A stretch of DNA of 64,000 nt from assembly GCA_965223325.1 (NCBI GenBank), contig CBDCWI010000002.1:1440001-1504000 (forward strand), written 5' to 3'. Under the pieces are notes generated by a model. It saw only the letters and a list, made by a program, of their open reading frames with translations. It was not told where the DNA came from and did not search any database. Source of the DNA: Candidatus Multivoradales bacterium. Its GTDB lineage: Bacteria; Acidobacteriota; Thermoanaerobaculia; Multivoradales; Multivoraceae. Of the stretch, positions 49,892 through 60,007 are shown piece by piece. The translations under genes were made by a program, and so were the position numbers. The stretch's first letter is position 1. Each line of letters begins with the position of its first letter.

Positions 49892-51760
49892 ATGAGTCTC
49901 ATCCGCGCCAAGGACCTGTCGCTCTCCTATGGCGGGCCGGTACTCCTGGTTTCGATCGACCTGCGCCTCGACGCCGGCGAGCGCGTTGCGTTGGTCGGCC
50001 GCAATGGAACCGGCAAGTCGAGCCTGCTCAAGGTACTGGCCGGCGACCTGCGCCCTGACAGCGGCACCGTCGATCGCCAAAGGGGGCTCAAGATGACGCG
50101 CCTCAAACAAGAGGTACCCAACGACCTCAGTGGCCCTGTCTTCGACATCGTCGCCAGCGGCGAGCCCGAGTTGGGCGGCCTGGTCGCGGAGTATCACCGC
50201 CTGAGCCTGGACCTCGACGAAAGCACCATGGCACGTTTCGAGACGGTCCAGGGCAAGATCGAGGCGGCACAGGGTTGGGCCTTGCACAACCGCGTCGAAA
50301 CCGCGTTGACCCGCCTGCAGCTGGAGGAGGTCGGACCCTTCGAGACCCTCTCGGGAGGCTTGAAGCGACGAGTCCTGATGGCGCAGGCACTGGTCGCCGA
50401 GCCCGACCTTTTGATGCTTGATGAACCCACCAACCACCTCGACATCGAGGCCATCGAATGGCTCGAAGAGCTGCTCGTGACCCTGCGCTCGGCGCTTCTC
50501 TTCGTCACCCACGACCGCACCTTCCTAACTCGCATCGCAACCCGCATCATCGAGCTGGACCGGGGCCAGCTGCGCAGCTACCCCGGCAACTACCATCGCT
50601 ACCTCAAACGCCGCGAGGCCGAACTCGAGGTCCTGGAGCGCCACGCCAAACTCGAAGACAAGAAGCTGGCGCAGGAAGAAGCCTGGATCCGCCAGGGCAT
50701 CAAGGCGCGCCGCACGCGCAACGAAGGACGCGTCCGTGCCTTGGAACGTCTGCGCGAAGAAGTCCGGATGCGGCCGCAGCGCATGGGCTCCGCCGAGCTG
50801 CGGTTCGACACAAGAGAACGCAGCGGCAAGATGGTCGTCGAGGCGCATGGCCTGACCTTCGGGCACGACGAGCGCGAGGCGATCGTTCGCGACCTCGACT
50901 TGCGTGTTCTTCGCGGCGACAAGATCGGCCTCTTGGGTCCCAACGGTTCGGGGAAAACAACTCTCATCAAACTACTCCTCGGCGAGCTCGAACCGCAAGC
51001 CGGCAGCGTTCGCTTCGGCAGTCGCCTGGACGTCGCCTACTTCGACCAGCTGCGCGAGCAACTCGACCCACGAAAGACCCTCGCTCTGAGCATCGAGACC
51101 AGCGATGACTACGTCGACATCGGCGGCGGCCGCAAACACATCATCGGCTACCTCGGCGGCTTCCTGTTCAGCCCCGAACAGATCCGCGGCCAGGTCGGTT
51201 CGCTTTCGGGCGGCGAACGCAACCGCCTCCTGTTGGCACGTCTGTTCAGTCGCAGCTTCAACGTGCTGGTGATGGATGAACCAACCAACGACCTCGATAT
51301 CGAAACCCTCGAGCTCCTCGAGGCACGCCTGGTCGACTTCAAGGGCACCCTCCTCCTGGTCAGCCATGACCGCGCCTTCCTCGACAACGTAGTCACCAGC
51401 ACCCTGGTCATGGAGGGCGACGGCCGCGTCGGCAGCTACGCCGGCGGCTATAGCGACTGGCTCATCCAGCGACCAGAACCCGCACCGCCACCCGAGCACA
51501 AACCTCCGAAGACAACCAGAAAACAGAAGTCCCCCGCAAAGAAGAGACTCTCCTACAAGGACAAGCGCGACCTCGAGCAACTCCCCGACCAGATCGAAGC
51601 CCTCGAAGAGCAGCAGGCGGACCTACTGGCCAAGATCGGTGACCCCGAGTTCTACAAAACCAACGACAGCGAGAAGATCAAAGAAGCGCAAGACGCAATC
51701 GCCAAGGTAGAAAAGGACCTGGAAGCCACCTACGAGCGCTGGGCCGAACTGGCGGACTGA
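49892..51760 (+). CDS. uup: ABC-F family ATPase Uup
   Basis: Two ABC cassettes (GRNGTGKS, GPNGSGKT, LSGG, DEPTN), WIRQGIKARRTRNEGRVRAL linker, C-terminal coiled coil ending ERWAEL. Confidence 0.92.
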   Translation: MSLIRAKDLSLSYGGPVLLVSIDLRLDAGERVALVGRNGTGKSSLLKVLAGDLRPDSGTVDRQRGLKMTRLKQEVPNDLSGPVFDIVASGEPELGGLVAEYHRLSLDLDESTMARFETVQGKIEAAQGWALHNRVETALTRLQLEEVGPFETLSGGLKRRVLMAQALVAEPDLLMLDEPTNHLDIEAIEWLEELLVTLRSALLFVTHDRTFLTRIATRIIELDRGQLRSYPGNYHRYLKRREAELEVLERHAKLEDKKLAQEEAWIRQGIKARRTRNEGRVRALERLREEVRMRPQRMGSAELRFDTRERSGKMVVEAHGLTFGHDEREAIVRDLDLRVLRGDKIGLLGPNGSGKTTLIKLLLGELEPQAGSVRFGSRLDVAYFDQLREQLDPRKTLALSIETSDDYVDIGGGRKHIIGYLGGFLFSPEQIRGQVGSLSGGERNRLLLARLFSRSFNVLVMDEPTNDLDIETLELLEARLVDFKGTLLLVSHDRAFLDNVVTSTLVMEGDGRVGSYAGGYSDWLIQRPEPAPPPEHKPPKTTRKQKSPAKKRLSYKDKRDLEQLPDQIEALEEQQADLLAKIGDPEFYKTNDSEKIKEAQDAIAKVEKDLEATYERWAELAD

Positions 51761-51791
51761 GGGACCACGCATTCCCCCTCTCTAATGATCA

Positions 51792-51978
51792 GTAGGAGGG
51801 GCCGGTGGTAATTGCGACGTTGGACTTGCCACAGCACTCGGGGGCCGAAACCCCTGCTTCTCACCCCGCCCACCACCTCGACTGGAATGCGCGCGACAGA
51901 TCACCGCAGGCCAAAACCACCCAGAACCCTAGCCTCGAAACGCGGTACGAACCGCGAAATCACCACGGCCCCTCCTAC
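51792..51978. mobile_element. Putative MITE/REPIN-like element bounded by inverted repeats
   Basis: Perfect 13-bp IR GTAGGAGGGGCCG (51792-51804) / CGGCCCCTCCTAC (51966-51978), extending imperfectly inward; TA at both ends; no coding capacity. Confidence 0.45.
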
Positions 51979-54900
51979 CACTGCTGCCGATAACCAAAGC
52001 TGAAGGTCGTTTCCTGAAAGTCGTCACGCGCAAAGTCGCGCTCGGCCATCAGGTACAGGTTCCGCGTACCACGAAACATGATCTGCAGGCCCAACCCGCC
52101 GCGCATGTAGTCGCGATCTGGCCGCTCGGTGCGCAATCGGAACTGGTCTCCGGAGACATCGAACGAGAAGCCACCGTTGAGTCGACGGGCGTCGTCTTCG
52201 ATCTCGTGGAGCACAGAGAACCTGGCGACCGGATGGAGAACGCCCCACGAGACACTGACCGGCAGGCCGAACTCGAAGCCCGCCTCGAGCAGACCCGAAT
52301 CGATGGTCTGCGCGTCGAGGTCGAGTCCGAAGGCGCCGGCACCAGTCTCGCGGTAGGCGTCGATCTCGGCGCGCGTCCACAGGCCCCGAACGGAGCCGGA
52401 GACGTCGAGGCGGCCGAGAGTGAAATCGTAGCCACTGGCCAGGTTCACCAGGGACTGGGTCGAATCGTTCTCGCTCCTGGCGACGAGAACGCTGGTGCCC
52501 TGGAAAGCCACTGGCAGATGGATCTCGCGCACCACATCGAAGTCGAGCCAGCCGTAGCTCAAGGCTCCGTCGACCCAGAATGGTCCACGCTGGTGGCCGC
52601 CGTAGAGGGACAGCGAGTAGCCGGACGTATCGAGACCGCCATCACGCCCCTGGACATCGGTAGTGGCGTCCACCAGGCCGGCGGCAAGACCAACCCAGGA
52701 TCGACTTCCGATTCGGTAGTCGACACCAGCCGTAACGCCACGGGTCTCTACGTCGTAGCCAGGTTCGAGCGCCGTGTTTTTGTGTTCGCCGATCGTCACC
52801 CGACCGTTGACGAAGAATCCGACCGGCCGATCGAGCTTCTCCTCGAGCACGATCGATTCTTTCCGGGGCGTCTCGTCAAACCCGTCGTCCGAGCTTCCTG
52901 CCGGTACCGCCTGCTGGCGCATCTTGGCCAGCTGGTCATCGACACGACCGTTGAGAATCTGCTTGACGTCCTTGCCAGTGCCGATCGAACTCAACTGGCC
53001 CACTGTCACCGCTTGACCTCTGACATCGAAGGCCAGACTGCCGAAGGCAGCGCCCTTGGCGCCACTGCGCAGGCGGGCCAACCGACCCGCGACGTTGCGC
53101 ATCTGGGTCTGCTGCGAGCGCATGGCAACGTCGCCACGCATTGCGATGTCACGCGGAATGAGGGCGCCAACAGCCTGGCGCTGATCGCCGGGTTCGAGGC
53201 CGTAGATGTAGTCGCACATCGCTGCCATTTCGCCACGCGGGTCGACGCAGGCGTTGTCGAGCACATCGGCCAGCGAGTCCTCGTTGGGGTTGGCGTCCTC
53301 GTCGAAGAGATCGGCCAGTGCACCCTGAACTGTGACCTCGAAGATCACTCGAGCGTTCTCGTCGTCGGCGCTCGCACCTTCGAGGCGTGCGGTAACCGAG
53401 AGCGTGCCGGGGCGTTCGTCGAGCTGGAAACGCTTGCGCGCCATTCCGTCGGCGTCGCTCAGCGTCTTCGCCTTCTCGACACCCAGCCGCTGGGCGCTCC
53501 ACATGACCGCTGCACCTTCCACCGGGCGGTTGCCGTCATCGAGGGCGCGCACGACTGGCACCAGGGACTCGCCACTCTTACCGACGAGCGCCGTCTCTTC
53601 GGCTACCAGGCGCAGAGCACGGTCGTCGTCGAGAATGGTGACCTGCTTCGAGCTCTGCATGACACCAGCGACCGCCGGGTCGAGGGATTCGAGGATCACC
53701 CGCAGGGTCTCGGCTCCTTCGACCCGCTGGTCTTCGAGTACCTCGATGCGCACCGTGCGTTCTTTGGTCTGGCCGGCACTCCACTCGAGAGTCTCGGTAC
53801 GCTCGGTGAAGTCCAGGCCAGCGGTCGCCGTTTGCCCCACTACGCGCACGCGCGCGCGGACGCGCGCTGTGGCCGCCTGATCAAGCGCCACTCGTACCGC
53901 AATGCGGCGACTCGACTCACGCACGCTCTCGGGTACCGCAAGCGAGAGCATCGGCTGTCCGGTCGGCTGGTCGTCGTTTCTGATCACCACGGCCGCGCGC
54001 GATCTCTCGAGCGTCGCGCCCTGGGCGTTGGAGAACTCGACGTAGAAGGTCTCGTCGGCCTCGACGACCTCATCGCCCTCGACCGAAACGCCGAATGTCA
54101 CCCGCGTCACACCTTCGGGGAACGTCAGGGTTTCGCGGCGTTCGTTGTAGTCGCCATCGGCAAGCGTGGCGGTGCCGTCTGCGGTCGCATAGTCGACCGA
54201 GACTTCGCCAACCGCGGGCGCACCGATGAGCTCGGCCGTCAACACCGCGTTCTGGCCGCCAGAGTCACCTTCCACCACACTCACGTCGAGAACCCGCAAC
54301 GTCGTCACTCCAGGATCACTTGGGTCGCCAGGATCGCCGGGGTCACCCGGGTCGCCGGGGTCGGTTGGGTCGGTTGGAGTGTTCGGTTCGGGCGCCGGCT
54401 CATCGTCGTCGACAATCGCGACGGTGACCGAGCTGACATCGAGATCGGCGTTGGTCGGTGGCACCAGGAGAACCCGGAAGTCTTCATCGGGCTCTTCCAG
54501 GTCATCGCCGAGGATGGTGACCTCCAGGTAGGCCGGATCGGCGGTCGAGAGCGTGATCTCATCGGTAGCGTCCAGGTAGTCAACGCCCGCCTCGGCCGTC
54601 CCGCTCGCCGTCGACCATTGAACGGTGACCGGTGCATCCGGTGCTTTGCTCAACGAGATAGGAACACGCACGACGGAGTCGCCGTCGCCCTCGGTCACAC
54701 TCACGTCTTCGATCAGGACCTTCGGAGGAATCGCCGGATCGTCGTCGTCGATGAGCCGCAGCAGAATGTCGGTCGGAGTTCCGGGATCGGCGCCCTGGAA
54801 CGGCCCCAGTCGAACGCGGACCGTTTCGTCGCCCTCGGCTTCGGTGTCACCGAGAATCGAGACCGGAATCGCGTGCTCGATCTCTCCCGGCATGAAGGCC

Positions 54901-57281
54901 AGCTCGGTACTGAGCACCTCGACGAAATCCACTCCGGCGCTCGCCGAACCCGCACGAACCTCGTAGCGGACCGTGATCGGATCGCCGGGTGGCGCCGCGT
55001 CGCTCAAAACCACCTTGTAGAGCAGCTGGTGCTCACCGTCCTGCTCTGGAGCGACGCTCGGCCCGACGAGCTTGACGCTCGGGGTCGGCGGCGGCACATC
55101 CGTATCGACGATCACACCCAGACCGGTGGCGTTGCCAATCGTGATTCCTACTGGATCGATCAGATCGAAGTACACCGTTTCGTCCTCTTCGACCAGCAGG
55201 TCGCCGGTGACCGCTACGTCGATCCAGAATTCCGTCTCGGTGGGTGAGAAGGTCACTCTGCCCTCGGTGTCGCCGTAGTCGGCCTCCGGTCCAGCCCCGT
55301 GTGGCGTCGCCGTACCAGCCCTGGTCTGGTAGCCAACGGACGGCGAAGCACTCAGGTCGCCATCCGCGACGATACGGAAGCGCTTGATGTCGATGCCCGA
55401 GTCGCCCTCTGTCCACTCGGCACCTTCCACCGACACGACCGGCGGCGCGCTCGCATCGTCGTTGTCGTAGATCGTGCCCACGACCGAGCCGCCGTCGGCG
55501 TAGCCAGGCCCCGGAACGATCTCGAAAAGGAACGTCTCGTGGTCTTCGTCGTCGTTGTCGCCGTTGATCGTGATCGCGACGGAGGCCGTCTGCTGATCCA
55601 TCGAGATCGTGTCCACAGTCGGTGCGAAGTCTTCGTTGTTCGTGCTGATGTGGTCGGTTCGGTACTTGACCGGCACCGCAGTGCTCGGTGGCGTCGGCAA
55701 CGAGAGCTCGAAGATCACCGTGCTCGAGCCGCCTTCGTTGGCCTCGAGCGTTCCCGCCCCGCTCTGCACCTGGACGTAGGGCTGATCATCATTGATGATC
55801 GAGACCTGGCCAACCGTCTGGGTCCCCAGCTGGGCATCTCCCGACACGTCGACCATCTCGACGAAGAAGATCTCGTCGGGCTCCCAGTCATCGTCGCCGT
55901 ACACCACAACCGGAAGGATCCCGATTCCACCGGGGCTCGTCAGCTGCTGCGTGAACGTCGGCGCAGATTCCACGATGTCGGCGCTATCGGCCGCTCCCAT
56001 ACCGGCGGTAAAGAGGGTGCGATAGGTGATCGTGATCGTGCCGGTAGCCGGCGGGCTGAACTGGACGGGGACGTCGATCACCGTGTTCTGCCCAGACGGT
56101 CCCTCCTGAAGCATCGTATTGCCGATCTCGGCCGTCGGCGTCTGGGTGGGAGGCGCAGGCGCATCGAAGATCCTGATGGGTGCCCGGTCAACAGCAACTG
56201 GTGTGGCTGCCGATTGAATCAGCAAGTCGAACCCCTCGGTGCTCTCGACCGCGCCATCCTCGAGCAGGTCGAGGAGAATGAAGGTCTGCTGTTGGTTGGG
56301 GGCAAAGGAATAGTTCCACTGCAGCACCGTGTAGTCGACATTCTGTATCGCCGGCGGATCACCGTTGTCTTCAATGACGGAGATGTTGAAGAACACCTCG
56401 TAGGGGACAGGGTCGTTCAGCGTCACCGGTACCATCAAGACATCGCCTTCGACTCCCTCTGCGGGGTGAAGGGTGATCTCGGTCGTCGCCGGCAGGTCGT
56501 TGTCATCAATCAAGACGTTGACGTTGGGTTGTTGGACCGCCACGTCTGGCTCTGACGTCCAGAAAGAGACCCTGAAGACCTCGCTTGGTTCGTAGATCGA
56601 ATCGTCGACGACGGGAATCGTCACCATCGCTGAGCTGTCGCCTACCTGAACTGCTACCGGAAAGTTGTTACTGCCGTCGAAGTCCTCCGGCTCGCTGGCA
56701 CTGTCTTCGGTTGTCGCCCAGTGCAGGTCGAAGGCTAGAGGAGAGAACTGCGGCTCGAAGCCCAGGGTGATGGTCGCCTGTCCACTCGCTTCCGACGCAT
56801 CCACCGATTGCAGGTGAACTTCGACCGATGTTCCCGGGAAGTCATCGTTCTCGATGGTGTGATAGCCGTCCGGATTGGTGGTGAATCCGCCGCTGATCAC
56901 TTCGATGTGGAGTCCGACCTTCTCGTCAGGTTCGGGAATGTTGTCGCCCAGGATGGTGATCGTGAACGGCCGCTTGGTCTCGCCGGGCTCGAACTGCACC
57001 TGCCCTGAAGAAAACTCGTAGTCCTCACCCTCAACCGCCTCGCCAGGGATGTCGTAGGTGTTCCACTGCACGACGATCGGTTCCTGCTGCGTCTCGGCAC
57101 CACTCCAGTCGGCATGGAGATCCGAGGTCGACGTATTGAGGGTGTCGAGCTCCGGGTAGCTGGCGACGAGGGGCAGGCTCACCTTCTGGGCACCAGCCGG
57201 TACCGCGAAGAGGAGGACCATGAGCGCTACAACCAGGCGCGGACTCCTCACGAGCGAGAGCGAAACAAGAGAGCAAGACAT
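51975..57281 (-). CDS. Autotransporter adhesin with about ten Calx-beta domains (1768 aa)
   Basis: Signal peptide; repeated I(L)GD..E.DE.F...IxDDD units; Ig-like domain; Cys pair; C-terminal barrel (GVTAGVDYR, ERPDRDY) ending in W. Confidence 0.9.
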   Translation of the reverse strand: MSCSLVSLSLVRSPRLVVALMVLLFAVPAGAQKVSLPLVASYPELDTLNTSTSDLHADWSGAETQQEPIVVQWNTYDIPGEAVEGEDYEFSSGQVQFEPGETKRPFTITILGDNIPEPDEKVGLHIEVISGGFTTNPDGYHTIENDDFPGTSVEVHLQSVDASEASGQATITLGFEPQFSPLAFDLHWATTEDSASEPEDFDGSNNFPVAVQVGDSSAMVTIPVVDDSIYEPSEVFRVSFWTSEPDVAVQQPNVNVLIDDNDLPATTEITLHPAEGVEGDVLMVPVTLNDPVPYEVFFNISVIEDNGDPPAIQNVDYTVLQWNYSFAPNQQQTFILLDLLEDGAVESTEGFDLLIQSAATPVAVDRAPIRIFDAPAPPTQTPTAEIGNTMLQEGPSGQNTVIDVPVQFSPPATGTITITYRTLFTAGMGAADSADIVESAPTFTQQLTSPGGIGILPVVVYGDDDWEPDEIFFVEMVDVSGDAQLGTQTVGQVSIINDDQPYVQVQSGAGTLEANEGGSSTVIFELSLPTPPSTAVPVKYRTDHISTNNEDFAPTVDTISMDQQTASVAITINGDNDDEDHETFLFEIVPGPGYADGGSVVGTIYDNDDASAPPVVSVEGAEWTEGDSGIDIKRFRIVADGDLSASPSVGYQTRAGTATPHGAGPEADYGDTEGRVTFSPTETEFWIDVAVTGDLLVEEDETVYFDLIDPVGITIGNATGLGVIVDTDVPPPTPSVKLVGPSVAPEQDGEHQLLYKVVLSDAAPPGDPITVRYEVRAGSASAGVDFVEVLSTELAFMPGEIEHAIPVSILGDTEAEGDETVRVRLGPFQGADPGTPTDILLRLIDDDDPAIPPKVLIEDVSVTEGDGDSVVRVPISLSKAPDAPVTVQWSTASGTAEAGVDYLDATDEITLSTADPAYLEVTILGDDLEEPDEDFRVLLVPPTNADLDVSSVTVAIVDDDEPAPEPNTPTDPTDPGDPGDPGDPGDPSDPGVTTLRVLDVSVVEGDSGGQNAVLTAELIGAPAVGEVSVDYATADGTATLADGDYNERRETLTFPEGVTRVTFGVSVEGDEVVEADETFYVEFSNAQGATLERSRAAVVIRNDDQPTGQPMLSLAVPESVRESSRRIAVRVALDQAATARVRARVRVVGQTATAGLDFTERTETLEWSAGQTKERTVRIEVLEDQRVEGAETLRVILESLDPAVAGVMQSSKQVTILDDDRALRLVAEETALVGKSGESLVPVVRALDDGNRPVEGAAVMWSAQRLGVEKAKTLSDADGMARKRFQLDERPGTLSVTARLEGASADDENARVIFEVTVQGALADLFDEDANPNEDSLADVLDNACVDPRGEMAAMCDYIYGLEPGDQRQAVGALIPRDIAMRGDVAMRSQQTQMRNVAGRLARLRSGAKGAAFGSLAFDVRGQAVTVGQLSSIGTGKDVKQILNGRVDDQLAKMRQQAVPAGSSDDGFDETPRKESIVLEEKLDRPVGFFVNGRVTIGEHKNTALEPGYDVETRGVTAGVDYRIGSRSWVGLAAGLVDATTDVQGRDGGLDTSGYSLSLYGGHQRGPFWVDGALSYGWLDFDVVREIHLPVAFQGTSVLVARSENDSTQSLVNLASGYDFTLGRLDVSGSVRGLWTRAEIDAYRETGAGAFGLDLDAQTIDSGLLEAGFEFGLPVSVSWGVLHPVARFSVLHEIEDDARRLNGGFSFDVSGDQFRLRTERPDRDYMRGGLGLQIMFRGTRNLYLMAERDFARDDFQETTFSFGYRQQW
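54309..54378 (-). repeat. Coding 9-bp repeat for a PTD/PGD linker
   Basis: PTDPTDPGDPGDPGDPSDPG between Calx-beta domains. Confidence 0.8.
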
Positions 57282-57469
57282 GACAAGGTCCCCACAGTCA
57301 GAATGACTGCAATTACAAGGAATCCGAGTATATTCGAATTATCCGCTTCTGGCTATCTTTCCTTCGCTTGTGGGCTCCCTGGTGGCGCCCGATGCGGGCC
57401 CGGCAGCGACGCAACCCTGTTGCCAGCGCATGGATCGAGGCCAAATCGCCCGGGGCCCCCGCCGGCGCA

Positions 57470-57502
57470 TCGATCGCTCGTTGATTCGATCGCTTCGTTG
57501 AT
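57470..57502. repeat. 16/17-bp tandem duplication
   Basis: TCGATCGCTCGTTGAT followed by TCGATCGCTTCGTTGAT. Confidence 0.75.
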
Positions 57503-57592
57503 ACTGTGCGTCGGCTTCTTCACCGGCCCCTCTGGGCCACAAACCTGGAAGACCCTCCATCGCGAGGTCTGGAATCACCCCTGGTTCGCCGC

Positions 57593-58726
57593 ATGAGGAC
57601 TCCATCGCGTCTGTTCCAAAGCCTCGCGCCCTACCCGAAGAAGGGCCACGAGAAGGGCCAGACGAAGAGACTGCGCGACCGTGCCGGCGAGCGCCCTGGC
57701 CCGTGCAGGGAGAACGCGCGACGCCAGGTTCTCGCACTGCTGGCGGCGGCGATGGTCTGCCACGCCACCTCCGCGCAGGTCGACGCTGCCGACCGCGAAC
57801 CCCTGTCGTCCTTCCGGTCCCAGACCACCTTCGCGCTCGTCGGCGGCGCCCAGACGGTCCTCTCGTCACGCAGCGAAGAAGCGAACTGGGAGTTCGTCGC
57901 CTCGGCACAACTCTCCAACTTCTGGGGCGAGTTCGAGCGCGGCGGTGACCCCGAAGCGATGGTCGACTTCGAAGCACTCACCAGCGACCTACGTTTGATC
58001 GGCTCGCCACATCCCCACCTGCAACTTGGTCTGGCGTACTCGCAACGCGACCATCTCGGCGGCTTTCTCGACGGCTTGATCCTCGGCTTTCACCGCATCG
58101 CCGGGCTCGACCTCGACGGGCGCGAACTCGTCCAGCGCGACCAGATTCGCCTGGCCTTCAACCCCGACGACGATCGACCGCATCAGGATCGCACGGCAGA
58201 CGCGCGCGGCAACTTCGAGCGCTCCCTCACCGGCTCCGCGGTCTATGTGCTGAACCCAACAGCCGACACCCGGGTCGCCTTCTCGATCAGCCTGGCGAAC
58301 CATTGGGGCGACGGACCGTTGGTGGAGCGCGACTCGATCGATGGCACGGCCGGCTTCTTCCTCGGCACCGCCTTCGGTGACACCCGTCTAGATTTTCTGG
58401 CCGAAGTCGCCCGCACTGGTGCGACGTCGATCGGTCCGATCGCCGTGCGCCGTTGGCAACCGCGTTTGACCCTGGCGATGGCACGGCCGGGTCCAGAGGC
58501 CCTCGGTCGGGAGACGGACTGGCTCGTCACCTACCGCGGCGCTCGCGGACCTCTCGACTCCTTTGCCGCCTGGTCTGAGCCGTCTCATGAAGTCCTTCTC
58601 GGCATGCGTTTCCACGGCCCTCGCCTCGACGTCGAGGTGGGACTGATCGAGACCGTCTTGAACTTCTCGAACGCCGCCGACCTGGGCTTCCACATTGCGT
58701 GGCGCCGCAAGCTCGGCGGGCGTTGA
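57593..58726 (+). CDS. DUF3187-like outer-membrane beta-barrel protein
   Basis: SNFWG, VDFE, GGFLDGLILGFHRIAGL, ET..NFSNAADLGFH; amphipathic strands. Start uncertain. Confidence 0.65.
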   Translation: MRTPSRLFQSLAPYPKKGHEKGQTKRLRDRAGERPGPCRENARRQVLALLAAAMVCHATSAQVDAADREPLSSFRSQTTFALVGGAQTVLSSRSEEANWEFVASAQLSNFWGEFERGGDPEAMVDFEALTSDLRLIGSPHPHLQLGLAYSQRDHLGGFLDGLILGFHRIAGLDLDGRELVQRDQIRLAFNPDDDRPHQDRTADARGNFERSLTGSAVYVLNPTADTRVAFSISLANHWGDGPLVERDSIDGTAGFFLGTAFGDTRLDFLAEVARTGATSIGPIAVRRWQPRLTLAMARPGPEALGRETDWLVTYRGARGPLDSFAAWSEPSHEVLLGMRFHGPRLDVEVGLIETVLNFSNAADLGFHIAWRRKLGGR

Positions 58727-58795
58727 GTCACAGCGACCCCGCAGAGCCCCCGTCGGAAGGAGCGCGAGGCTCAAGGGACTGCGGCTGCCGAGTGG

Positions 58796-59020
58796 TCAGC
58801 CCGATGGGGAGATGATCTCGTCGGTGCCCAGTACCTGCGGGTCGTGAAAGGCGATCGACCTCGAGAGCACTTCATCGGCCGTCAACGATGCCTGTGCAAG
58901 AGGCGCATCCGCGGCGGTTTGGCTGGCGGCGGGCACCGCCGCTGTGGCGTTGGGGGCCTCACCGCACCCTGAGACCAAGAATGCAGAGGCGGCGAGAATC
59001 GTACTGAGAGTTGTCTTCAT
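58796..59020 (-). pseudogene. Truncated lipoprotein, probable remnant of a DUF6503-like gene
   Basis: Lipobox VSGC, Ala-rich linker, LTADEVLSRSIAFHDP, then a stop after about 14 unrelated-looking codons. Confidence 0.5.
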
Positions 59021-59097
59021 CTGCTCACGATAGACGCGGCCCTGCCTACAGCTCGAACTACGACCCGTCGACCGACCCCCGCTATATTGAACGCGAC

Positions 59098-59868
59098 ATG
59101 TCTACCCCACCTGACCCCCACCCCGCCGCCGAATCCGAGCACCAAAGAGGTGCCGCACGGTCGGTGCTGGGCTTTCTGACTTATCTCCTCCTGCTTCCGC
59201 TCGTGCTCTTCGGCACGGCAGGAACCATCCACTGGTGGCAGGGCTGGGCATGGATCGCCCTGGCGATCACTGCTGGGCTCGGCAGCCGCATTCTCGTCGG
59301 GCGCCGACATCCCGACCTGTTGCACGAGCGCGCCCGCCATCGAGAACATCAGAACGTCGCACCGGGAGACCGGTGGTTCGTGGCGGTCATCGCCCTGTTC
59401 GGCCCGTTGGCGACGCTCATCTTTGCGGCTCTCGATCAGCGCTACTTCTGGACGGCATCATTCCTGGCGAACAACTCAGCACGCGGCCTGCCCTCGACCT
59501 GGCCGGCCTGGTGGTCGGTCGCAGGGCTTTTGATCGCTGGAGGGGGCGTTGCGCTGGGCACGCGGGCAATGCTCGAGAATCGCAACTTCTCGGCCGTCGT
59601 GCGAATCCAGGACGACCGCGGCCACGAGGTTTGTGACACAGGGCCCTACCGTTTCATTCGCCATCCGGGGTACACAGGCGGCCTTCTCTCGACCGCCGCT
59701 TCTCCGTTTGCTCTCGGTAGCCTGGCCGCGTTTCTCCCGGCCGCGATCGTGCTTTTTGCCCTGGTCTGGCGCACCGCTCGGGAGGACCGCTACCTTTCGA
59801 AGAACCTGGCCGGCTATGAGGCCTTCACCAGCCGCACGCGCTCACGGCTCATCCCCGGGATCTGGTAG
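59098..59868 (+). CDS. Isoprenylcysteine carboxyl methyltransferase (ICMT/PEMT) family membrane protein
   Basis: Multiple TM helices; FSAVVRIQ, GPYRFIRHPGY, EDRYL, LAGY, RLIPGIW. Confidence 0.88.
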   Translation: MSTPPDPHPAAESEHQRGAARSVLGFLTYLLLLPLVLFGTAGTIHWWQGWAWIALAITAGLGSRILVGRRHPDLLHERARHREHQNVAPGDRWFVAVIALFGPLATLIFAALDQRYFWTASFLANNSARGLPSTWPAWWSVAGLLIAGGGVALGTRAMLENRNFSAVVRIQDDRGHEVCDTGPYRFIRHPGYTGGLLSTAASPFALGSLAAFLPAAIVLFALVWRTAREDRYLSKNLAGYEAFTSRTRSRLIPGIW

Positions 59869-60007
59869 CAGCGGTAACCGACGAGCATCTCCACCAGCTT
59901 CGAACCCCTCTCCAGTACCATCGAAGAAGCACCGCAAACCCTCGAGAAGAATTCGCTTCGGTCGGCTGCGCCCACGTGACACCTTCGCCACCCTCAAAAG
60001 AGAGCCC

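Noticed and set aside
52206-55247. 1013-aa plus-strand ORF antisense to the autotransporter, and similar long antisense ORFs (6496-8037, 15138-16412, 23624-24823, 28546-29760, 47764-49197)
   Set aside because: Shadow ORFs expected from high-GC codon bias; no recognisable motifs, and each lies opposite a well-supported gene.
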